From an uncultured candidate division Zixibacteria bacterium (GTDB lineage Bacteria; Zixibacteria; MSB-5A5; UBA10806; 4484-95), in contig CAXXKA010000008.1 in the NCBI GenBank assembly GCA_963668625.2, positions 640,001 through 704,000 of the forward strand: a stretch of DNA of 64,000 nucleotides, given 5' to 3'. Each line of letters starts with the position of its first letter. The stretch's first letter is position 1. A program made the position numbers and the translations under genes. Below the pieces are notes generated by a model. That model was not told where the DNA came from. It saw only the letters and a program-made list of their open reading frames with translations, and searched no databases. Shown here in pieces: positions 52,844-60,685 of the stretch.

Positions 52844-52920
52844 ATATATTAACATAACTAATCCCAATCCGATACCTCAAGATGGGAGGTTCGATATCCT
52901 GATTTCACTCAAATTAAAGA

Positions 52921-52933
52921 CCGGACACCAGTG
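52921..52933. mobile_element. Solo IS4-type end (1 mismatch)
   Basis: CCGGACACCAGTG. Confidence 0.55.
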
Positions 52934-52982
52934 ATATGAGGTTAGTATAAACATACGAACTATCTTCGAAAATATTTCCCGA

Positions 52983-53345
52983 TTAATAATTATGCGTGCC
53001 GATCACCACTTCCTTATCGAAATTCTCTTTGATCAGGTTGGTGATCTTGTCGAAATCAAGCGGGCAATCGCCTGTTTTCTTGGCTTTCACCACGCATGTT
53101 CCCAGATGGATGATATCGTAATTTCGATCGATACCGGCCGCGATTTCATTCATCAGTGTAACTTTGGGCATTATAAGCCCAGGGCAGTCGCCGCAGTTTC
53201 CCAGCGCGATAAGCTCGAGTTCGTCATCATCCTTGTACCGGGCGAACTCGCCCTCGCGAAGGCTGATTGCTTTGAGACATTTCTCGCAGGCTATACAGAG
53301 CTGATCCTGGATCCGCTTGCAGCCGACGATAGCTATCTTTGCCAT
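52983..53345 (-). CDS. CGGC-domain metal-binding protein
   Basis: CIACEKC, CGDCPG, HLGTC, CP, GTH; AGGAGG RBS. Confidence 0.85.
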   Translation of the reverse strand: MAKIAIVGCKRIQDQLCIACEKCLKAISLREGEFARYKDDDELELIALGNCGDCPGLIMPKVTLMNEIAAGIDRNYDIIHLGTCVVKAKKTGDCPLDFDKITNLIKENFDKEVVIGTHNY

Positions 53346-53484
53346 AATATTTCCTCCTGTTATCCCATCGATATATGAAATTGAATATACTAAAAATAGT
53401 TTACGACTGGTAGGAAAAATATAAGTAAACTACCATCGGCCACAGGTCTGGCGGCTTTTATCCTGCAGGCTTAAGCCGGCTATA

Positions 53485-53508
53485 TCATCCTGAACTTGAT
53501 TCAGGATC
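53485..53508. repeat. REP-like palindrome
   Basis: tcATCCTGAActtgaTTCAGGATc. Confidence 0.55.
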
Positions 53509-53666
53509 CGGGGGCTGGGGAAGAGGTGTGCCGGTTGCAAAACTCCGATTTTGTAACCCATAATATTATGAAAACTTCGTTTTGTTTCCCCTTCATATAA
53601 ACTAACTTAATAGAAATAAGGTCTAGGGTTATAAAAAGAAGTGGCCGTACTGGTTTACCTCCTCCG

Positions 53667-53812
53667 GGCTTGTTGAAAAAGTTCATGTTGGATGACGGTG
53701 ATGGCAGGAATCCCTTCCTGCCACCTGAAATCACGCAGTATTTCGCCGGGAAAGGATGAACAAAGGACTTCGTCCGCCCAGCGACTCATGCAAATGGCTT
53801 TTCCAACAACCT
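53667..53812. mobile_element. MITE-like element with imperfect TIRs
   Basis: ggcttgttgaaaaag ... cttttccaacaacct; internal hairpin GGCAGGAA-tccc-TTCCTGCC; 3' part repeated at 41366. Confidence 0.6.
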
Positions 53813-53898
53813 CCTACGAGGTAAGAACTGATATAAAATAGTGCCGCTATTGAGAGAATCGGTCGTTACTGTTGATCGCCACTGTCCGGCCTTTCCAT

Positions 53899-53996
53899 CT
53901 CGTTGCGAAGCGCTGCTTCGCAACGTGGCTTGTTTGCCTGCAGAATGCGCATTCTACATGACTCAAGAAGGTTTCCAGGCAGCGCTTGGAAACCAG
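53899..53996. repeat. REPIN-like element, copy B
   Basis: Nearly identical to 39612-39709; similarity continues to about 54066. Confidence 0.85.
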
Positions 53997-54066
53997 CGAA
54001 CTAAACCTAACATCGGCAGGACATATCAGGATGTATGATACACTGAATATACAATTATATCGAAAA

Positions 54067-54633
54067 TTATCGCTTGGTATAAACAGCCTTGCCCATAACT
54101 TGCCAGGTTTTACCGCCATCGAATGAATGCTCGAATAACCAATCGAACTTGTTTTCGGTCTGGTTAAAAATGGTCACCCGTGAATGAAGTTTCTGTCCGG
54201 CCCAGACCTCTTTGCCGGAGGTTACCATCTTACCCTCCTGGTATTTGCCGGTATAAAATGACATCTTACCGCCCATCGAATCGATCCAGAGATTTTGCCA
54301 CTCGTTTGTATCACGGTCATAACTTATCATCATGAAACCATCGAAAGGCATCCCCAGCATTTCGCCCTTAAACCGGCTCTCGATCGCACAACCATCCAGG
54401 GTGTATTTATACATAGCGCTACCCCGGGTTTTATTCCATTTCTCGGGATTTTCCATATCGGCCCATTCCATATCGCAATCCCATTGCCCCTCCATGTAAG
54501 CCAGTTCTTTCATCTGAGCGGGCGCTCCCATCTCCATTGCCGCCATCTCATTTTGCTCGTGGTTATCACCGATTGCCGCTGAGAAGCTGATTCCTGCGAT
54601 TAAAACCAGTGTTAAGATACTTCTGATGACCAT
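54067..54633 (-). CDS. Secreted DUF1579 family protein
   Basis: Signal peptide; L..MEGQW, GMPFDG, YD...WQNLWIDSMG, S.DGGKTW...YTK. Confidence 0.8.
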   Translation of the reverse strand: MVIRSILTLVLIAGISFSAAIGDNHEQNEMAAMEMGAPAQMKELAYMEGQWDCDMEWADMENPEKWNKTRGSAMYKYTLDGCAIESRFKGEMLGMPFDGFMMISYDRDTNEWQNLWIDSMGGKMSFYTGKYQEGKMVTSGKEVWAGQKLHSRVTIFNQTENKFDWLFEHSFDGGKTWQVMGKAVYTKR

Positions 54634-54686
54634 CTCTTGCTCCTTCCGTAAGTGAATAATTAGTTTATGTTAATCGAGTTAAGATT

Positions 54687-54709
54687 GATGTTAAAACATC
54701 TTTAACATC
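54687..54709. promoter_or_regulatory. Candidate operator in the divergent promoter region
   Basis: GATGTTAAA-acatc-TTTAACATC (9-5-9 inverted repeat). Confidence 0.4.
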
Positions 54710-54914
54710 CACCGGGGTTTCCTAAAAAATTCTATTTTCTTGACTAAATACCCATAAAATGGTTAGATAAAAAACCTATGAATACCATATACGAATATTT
54801 CAATTACCCCGTAGACTCGATCAGCAGGATCGCCAATATAGCATGCCCCAAGACGGCTGTAAATAGAATAAACTATGATACATTTAAAATAATAACAAAA
54901 AGAAAGAGGTACTC

Positions 54915-56141
54915 ATGAAACAAAAGATCCTTTATGTGATACTTTTGGTGATTCTACTCTCGTTGGGCTCTTTCGGTCAGGAGACCACCCCGGTTGCGGA
55001 TGAAAGCTCTCCGGCCGAGATGATCCAGGTTCCGACCGTAGCCCCGCCGGGTGAGGTGATCGCCAAAGACACACCTAATGATGCAGGCTCATCGATAACT
55101 ATCAGGTGGGAACGCTCGCCCGATGATATCGCTGAGACCCCCGGGTTTGCAGGTTACGCGATCCTTCGCGGGGAATCTCCCGAGGGGCCGTTCGAGCAGC
55201 TCGGCGAGACCACCGCCGGTGGGGATGAGGATAACCATGACTACAAAACCTATCTCGACAACAACGCTTTGGATGGCGTGAAATACTGGTACGCTATAGA
55301 TGCCAGAGCCGGGGATCAGATTGCCCGGGCAATCACGAGCACGCCGGTGACATCCTCACAACAGTGGTTCAATTTCGGCCTGACAAACATGTTTATCGCC
55401 ACCGCGTTTCTTATCTCGGCGATACTGTTCTATATCACCAGCGCCAAATCGGGCAAGAAACTGTACATCCGTAAAATAGCCGGTTTGGAGGCCGTCGATG
55501 AGGCGGTTGGCCGTGCCACCGAGATGGGCAAGAAAATATTTTTCATACCGGGCACTCAGGATATGGACAACGTCCAAACTATCGCAGGAGTGACTATTCT
55601 CGGCCGTGTTGCGCAGAAAACAGCCGAGTACGAAGCTCGTATCGATGTGCCCGTGTCGCGTTCGCTGGTGATGGTAACCGCGCGAGAGGTGGTTAAAGAG
55701 GCGTATCTCAACGCCGGCCGCCCCGATGCTTACTCCGATGACATGGTGTACTATCTCACCGATGACCAGTTCGGTTACGCCGCCGGTATCGATGGCTTGA
55801 TCGTTCGCCAGAAACCGGCCACCATCTTCTATCAGGGGGCGTTCTACGCCGAATCGTTGATTCTGGCCGAGACCGGCAACTCTATCGGCGCTATCCAAAT
55901 CGCCGGAACGGCTATGCCTTCGCAATTGCCGTTTTTCGTGGCCGCCTGCGATTACACCCTGATCGGTGAGGAGCTGTTCGCCGCCAGCGCATATCTCTCG
56001 CGCGAACCCAAGCTCCTCGGCTCCCTGAAGGGTCAGGATCTGGGTAAGCTCGCAATCATTACCGCGTTATTGTTGGGATTCGTAATCCAGGTGTTGGGAA
56101 TATTCAATTTCGCAACCCTATTCGATGTGTCGGGAGGTTAG
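54915..56141 (+). CDS. Signal peptide + FN3-like + TM + DUF6754-domain protein
   Basis: DTPNDAG..ITIRW..GYAILR..YWY; IRKIAGLEAVDEAVGRATEMG, AESLILAE.G, QIAG, DYTLIGEELFAASAYLS, GSLKGQD. Confidence 0.8.
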   Translation: MKQKILYVILLVILLSLGSFGQETTPVADESSPAEMIQVPTVAPPGEVIAKDTPNDAGSSITIRWERSPDDIAETPGFAGYAILRGESPEGPFEQLGETTAGGDEDNHDYKTYLDNNALDGVKYWYAIDARAGDQIARAITSTPVTSSQQWFNFGLTNMFIATAFLISAILFYITSAKSGKKLYIRKIAGLEAVDEAVGRATEMGKKIFFIPGTQDMDNVQTIAGVTILGRVAQKTAEYEARIDVPVSRSLVMVTAREVVKEAYLNAGRPDAYSDDMVYYLTDDQFGYAAGIDGLIVRQKPATIFYQGAFYAESLILAETGNSIGAIQIAGTAMPSQLPFFVAACDYTLIGEELFAASAYLSREPKLLGSLKGQDLGKLAIITALLLGFVIQVLGIFNFATLFDVSGG

Positions 56142-56144
56142 GCT

Positions 56145-56798
56145 ATGAAACGTGAAGTTCCATTACTGATTGCCGGTATAGTCGGATCGGTGCTGGTTAT
56201 ACAGTACTTCATCCCGCATACCCCGTTCGGCACATTAAACGATGTTTTCTCGGACTGGTTCTCTATCATCCAGGCAACCGCTATCTGGCTGGGCGCGCTC
56301 AACCTCATAAAGGTTGCCGGTGATAAAGTGTATAAACGTCAGAAAGACTGGCCATACTCGTTAATAGTAATTGTCTGTTTCTTGATAATGGTCATCGTCG
56401 GCTTGTTCTTCTCCGGCGGCACTCGTTTCCTTGATCCGGGTACGCCGTTTTCGACATTATACGATTATGTCTACTCACCACTCGTGTCAATGATGTTCGC
56501 TTTGCTGGCGTTCTTCGTCGGTTCGGCCTCGTACCGGGCATTCAGGGCGCGCAATAAGGAGGCTACCGTACTGCTGGTGGCGGCATTCCTCGTGATGCTC
56601 GGCCGTGTGCCGCTTGGCGATATGCTGACAGGCTGGCTGCCTCATTCTCTGCAAATGTCCAACGTGGCGAGCTGGATTATGAACGTACCCAACCTTGCCG
56701 GTCAGAGAGCTATCATGATCGGTATCTCGCTGGGTATCGTCTCCACTGCGCTGCGCATGATACTTGGCATCGAACGCTCATACCTGGGAGGTGAATAA
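56145..56798 (+). CDS. Uncharacterised polytopic membrane protein (DUF6754 operon gene 2)
   Basis: 5-6 TM; FALLAFFVGSASYRAFRARN.EA, MLGRVP, WIMNVPN.AGQRAI. Confidence 0.8.
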   Translation: MKREVPLLIAGIVGSVLVIQYFIPHTPFGTLNDVFSDWFSIIQATAIWLGALNLIKVAGDKVYKRQKDWPYSLIVIVCFLIMVIVGLFFSGGTRFLDPGTPFSTLYDYVYSPLVSMMFALLAFFVGSASYRAFRARNKEATVLLVAAFLVMLGRVPLGDMLTGWLPHSLQMSNVASWIMNVPNLAGQRAIMIGISLGIVSTALRMILGIERSYLGGE

Positions 56799-57652
56799 TG
56801 GCTAACGGTGTGAAAAACTTCCTGGAAAGAATGATGGGAATAGACCGTCGGGTGATCTTCCTGCTTATTTTCATTGCGCTGTCTATCCCGATGTTTATCA
56901 AGTTCGATATGGAAATCCCGACCTCGCCCGAGGTAGAACTGTTGGTTGATACCATGGAGAAACTGCCAGACGGCGCCAAGGTGATGGTCTCGCTTGACTA
57001 CGACCCCAGCTCCGAACCGGAGCTTCAACCGATGGCAGAGACATTCCTTCAATATGCTTTAAAGCGCAATTTCAAGGTTATCTGTATCGGTTTATGGCCA
57101 CAGGGTTCCATACAAGCCGAACGTGCCCGTCGAGTAGCCGAGGAAGTATCGGGTCGGCCGTTCGAGTACGGCGTTGATTATATCAACCTCGGTTACCAGG
57201 CAGGTAACGAGCTGGTTATTCAGCGCATGGGCTCCTCCATACCGGCGATGTTTCCCAACGATAATTTCGGCACGCCCGTCGATCAATTCCCGATAATGCA
57301 GGGCGTGAAGAATTTCTCGAACATCGATTACGTGTTCAATCTCTCAGCCGGTTATCCCGGCACGATTGAGTGGGTACTGTTCGCGGCCGATAAATTCGGC
57401 GCGATAGTCGGCGCGGGTAATACCGCCGTGCAGGCCCCCTCGGTATATCCTTACCTCGGCAAGCAACTTCGTGGGCTGGCCGGTGGCATGAAAGGCGGCG
57501 CCGAATTCGAGATACTTACCGAGTTCCCCGGCCGGGCCGTAAAATACATGGTCGGCCAGACATTCGCCCATACCGTGATCGTACTGTTTATCATCGTCGC
57601 GAATATTGCCTTCTTTGCCACACGCGGTAATAAGAAGGGAGGCGTACTATGA
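56798..57652 (+). CDS. Uncharacterised membrane protein: TM + soluble domain + TM (operon gene 3)
   Basis: DRRVIFLL; DYDPS...EL.PM; YGVDYINLGY.AG; GGMKGGAEFE; TAATG coupling to gene 2. Confidence 0.8.
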   Translation: MANGVKNFLERMMGIDRRVIFLLIFIALSIPMFIKFDMEIPTSPEVELLVDTMEKLPDGAKVMVSLDYDPSSEPELQPMAETFLQYALKRNFKVICIGLWPQGSIQAERARRVAEEVSGRPFEYGVDYINLGYQAGNELVIQRMGSSIPAMFPNDNFGTPVDQFPIMQGVKNFSNIDYVFNLSAGYPGTIEWVLFAADKFGAIVGAGNTAVQAPSVYPYLGKQLRGLAGGMKGGAEFEILTEFPGRAVKYMVGQTFAHTVIVLFIIVANIAFFATRGNKKGGVL

Positions 57653-58344
57653 TTACTTTCTGGACATGGATCGGCGCTATCCTGACACTGGGTATACTTT
57701 CGTTCTTGTACAAGGATAACCCGTTTTACAAAGTCTCCGAGGCTATTTTCATGGGGATATCCGCCGGCTACTGGTTCGTTTCGCTGTGGTTCCAGTCGTT
57801 CACCCCGAAACTTCTCGATAACCTCGGCATACGCAAAATGCTGGGCGCGGATGTTGATAACGGCGCATTGCAGAACGTTTTTAGCGGCCACTACGATGAA
57901 CGTATCTGGTATGTCGTAGCGGGTATACTGGCAATCATGATGTTGTGTCGCTTGATCCCCAAAGTCGGCTGGATATCGCGCTGGCCGCTGGCGTTTATCG
58001 TGGGTACGACCTCCGGCGTGTATCTCACCCGTTACCTGGCATCCAACGCGCTGGCACAGATCAACAACACGCTGAAAGTGTTCATCCCGCTTGGCGCGGA
58101 GGGCTTTTTAAGCTGGGCCAACCTGAACTACTTCCTGATTCTGATAGGTGTGCTCACGGGCCTGATATATTTCTATTTCTCCAAGGAGCACAAGGGAATA
58201 ACAGGTGGAGCGGCCCGTATCGGCATTTATTTCCTGATGGTGACATTCGGCGCGTCATTTGGCTACACGGTGATGTCGCGTATGTCGCTACTGATAGGCC
58301 GGCTCGATTTCCTATACAGCGACTGGCTGCATCTGATAAAGTAA
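57649..58344 (+). CDS. Uncharacterised polytopic membrane protein (operon gene 4)
   Basis: About 6 TM; SFLYKDNPFYK..E.IFMG.SAGY, SRWPLA, YFYFS, LMVTFGASFGYTVMSRMSLLIGR; ATGA coupling to gene 3. Confidence 0.8.
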   Translation: MITFWTWIGAILTLGILSFLYKDNPFYKVSEAIFMGISAGYWFVSLWFQSFTPKLLDNLGIRKMLGADVDNGALQNVFSGHYDERIWYVVAGILAIMMLCRLIPKVGWISRWPLAFIVGTTSGVYLTRYLASNALAQINNTLKVFIPLGAEGFLSWANLNYFLILIGVLTGLIYFYFSKEHKGITGGAARIGIYFLMVTFGASFGYTVMSRMSLLIGRLDFLYSDWLHLIK

Positions 58345-58350
58345 AACGAT

Positions 58351-58389
58351 TCAACACGAAGGTGCCGGGCAAAAAGCTCGGCGCCTTTT
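58351..58389 (+). terminator. Rho-independent terminator of the DUF6754 operon
   Basis: aaGGTGCCGGGC-aaaaa-GCTCGGCGCC-TTTT. Confidence 0.75.
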
Positions 58390-58427
58390 CCAATCGCTAG
58401 CTTTGCGTAAATAAATTAATGACCACC

Positions 58428-58577
58428 CGTAGGGGCGTATCGAATACGCCCTGAGGCAGGGGTGGGGCATTTTAATAATATCATAAATAGTAAGATGCCA
58501 AGCGTAGGGGGCGATCTAAAACCGCTCCGTATCAGCATGGCAACCAACCCGGGCTGGTCTTAGACACAGCCCCTACG
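58428..58577. repeat. GTAG-type REP cluster
   Basis: cGTAGGGGCGTATcgaATACGCCC, and cGTAGGGG...GGGCTG..CAGCCCCTACg as an inverted pair. Confidence 0.7.
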
Positions 58578-58601
58578 TAATCTGCTAATAAGGGCGAAAC
58601 C

Positions 58602-60464
58602 ATGACCGAACCAAAAACCTGCAAATACGATGGCTGCAACGAGCCGGTAAACTCCCCTCACGATGAGGAATTCTGCGTTTTCCATGCATCCGTGGAGAAC
58701 AAGGGGATTAGTGTTGAGGAGTTTAATAATAAGATATTTGAGAGAATTGATGATATTTTTAAACATAATAAACATGAGCAAAATGATAAGGATAAGAAGT
58801 ATTTTGATTTTGAAGGTTTTATATTCCCCGGCAATATAGATTTTGGTGATTATGAAAGGATATATAATAGTAAATTGAATTTTAATCACCATGCTTATTT
58901 CACGAATGCCCAATTTTCAGGAGATGCTTCTTTCATAAATGTTCAATTTTCAGAAGATGCTGATTTCTTGGGTGCCATTTTTTTAAAACGTGTTTATTTC
59001 ATAGGTGACATATTTTCAGGAAATTCTTATTTCATAAATGCCCAATTTTCACGAGATGCTATTTTTAGGAATGCCCAATTTTCAAGAGATGCTGATTTCA
59101 CGAATGCCCAATTTTCAGGAGATGCTTATTTCAAGAATGCCCAATTTTCAGGAGATGCTTCTTTCAGTGATGCCCAATTTTCAGGAGATGCTGATTTCAT
59201 GAATGCCCAATTTCCAGGAGATGCTGATTTCAGTAAAGCCCAATTTTCAAAATATGCTTATTTCATAAATGCCCAATTTCCAGGAGATGCTTCTTTCTGG
59301 AATGCCCAGTTTTCAGGAAATGCTTATTTCAGTAATGCCCAATTTTCAGGAGATGCTTATTTTCATCAAACTCATTTTGATGGCACAATCCTGTCTAATG
59401 ACTTAACAATTGAAAAAAAAATTAGTTTTGCTAACATTACCATGTCTGATAAGGCTCGTTTTTATTTAAGAAATCCAATATTTAAACCTGCGGGATATGT
59501 CAGTCCTAAGATAATATTCGATTCTATACAATTTAATCCCTTCGCAGTTTATTTTGGAGATATAAATTCTAATGATAATATCAATGCTTGTTTGCTATTC
59601 CGCTACTGCCAACTAAAAGATGTCTATTTCACAAATAACGATATGTCTCTATTCTCATTTTACAAGAGCTCTTTCGATGAAGCCCGATTTATATCAAGCA
59701 AATGGGGATTAGTTAACGATAGAATCCTATGTTTCCCATTCAAGAGACAGAATATTATCCCCGAAGAGCATTTCTTAAAGCAAGTAAATGAATTAAATGA
59801 TAACGAAGAACAAACTAAGCAACTCAGAAAAGCCTACAAAATAGAGGACTTAAACTCCCCCCTCGATATCGCCTCCCTGTACCGCCGTATGAAAACCGCT
59901 CTGGATAACACCAAAGACTACGAGCAATCCGGCTGGTTCTATTTCAATGAACTCGAGATGAAACGTCAGGCTTTAGAGGATGAGATTGAAACTAGCGAAC
60001 CTAAATGGAAGATCTTCAGGTGGCAACCATTTATATGGTTAAATCAACAACGCAAAAAACTTTTCAGCCGATATATACTCTATTTCTCCTACAAGGTGTT
60101 CACCGGTTTCGGGCAAAAACCAATGTGGTCTTTCTGCTGGTTCATGTTTTTCACGGTGTTTTTTTCATTCATTCATCTACTTACAGGCTTAAGGAATGAG
60201 GCCTCCGGTATTGAGGATATCAAATACTCGTTGTCATCACTATATGGCTCTTTGGCCAACGGTTATTTCTGGAGTGATTTTCTCGACTCATTCATCTACA
60301 CGATATCACGCGTATTACCTGTCAGCTATGTCTCAACATCGCCCTCGGACTGTTACCCTCTAACATCACTGGGGAAAATAGCCTCGGTATTCAACTCGGT
60401 AATACTTATCATTCTGATAATCTTCATCGGCATAGGTCTCAAACGCCATTTCCGGAGATTTTGA
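58602..60464 (+). CDS. Pentapeptide-repeat membrane protein
   Basis: N-terminal C..C..CxxH, about 15 11-aa repeats (DAxFxNAQFSG), YRRMK..GWFY..E.EMKR, two C-terminal TM segments. Confidence 0.85.
   Translation: MTEPKTCKYDGCNEPVNSPHDEEFCVFHASVENKGISVEEFNNKIFERIDDIFKHNKHEQNDKDKKYFDFEGFIFPGNIDFGDYERIYNSKLNFNHHAYFTNAQFSGDASFINVQFSEDADFLGAIFLKRVYFIGDIFSGNSYFINAQFSRDAIFRNAQFSRDADFTNAQFSGDAYFKNAQFSGDASFSDAQFSGDADFMNAQFPGDADFSKAQFSKYAYFINAQFPGDASFWNAQFSGNAYFSNAQFSGDAYFHQTHFDGTILSNDLTIEKKISFANITMSDKARFYLRNPIFKPAGYVSPKIIFDSIQFNPFAVYFGDINSNDNINACLLFRYCQLKDVYFTNNDMSLFSFYKSSFDEARFISSKWGLVNDRILCFPFKRQNIIPEEHFLKQVNELNDNEEQTKQLRKAYKIEDLNSPLDIASLYRRMKTALDNTKDYEQSGWFYFNELEMKRQALEDEIETSEPKWKIFRWQPFIWLNQQRKKLFSRYILYFSYKVFTGFGQKPMWSFCWFMFFTVFFSFIHLLTGLRNEASGIEDIKYSLSSLYGSLANGYFWSDFLDSFIYTISRVLPVSYVSTSPSDCYPLTSLGKIASVFNSVILIILIIFIGIGLKRHFRRF
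58890..59384 (+). repeat. Coding tandem repeat, about 15 x 33 bp
   Basis: Unit gatgct-nnn-ttc-nnn-aatgcccaattttcagga. Confidence 0.85.
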
Positions 60465-60685
60465 AATCACTGCCTTTTCCGTGAAAAAACAAATCTTTTT
60501 ATCTTAATTAACATACTCGCCATTATCCTTCCCTCCGGAACGATTGAAACAACCTTTTTCCAATCATAAACATGCTTGCACTATCGCCTTACGCCCGGCT
60601 TGATTATACTGACCAATTGCTTAATTATATTCGACTGAATAAGTCCGAATACAGGAATAAGTAACAGGGGGAAATTTTACTAGCT

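Noticed and set aside
53841-54119. Short ORFs 53841-54038 (+) and 53847-54119 (-), likewise 15788-15985 and 53501-53734
   Set aside because: They are translations of REP/MITE DNA
58890-59384. 33-bp periodic repeats as a CRISPR array or DGR target
   Set aside because: They are in-frame coding repeats with no spacers, and there is no cas gene or reverse transcriptase in the window
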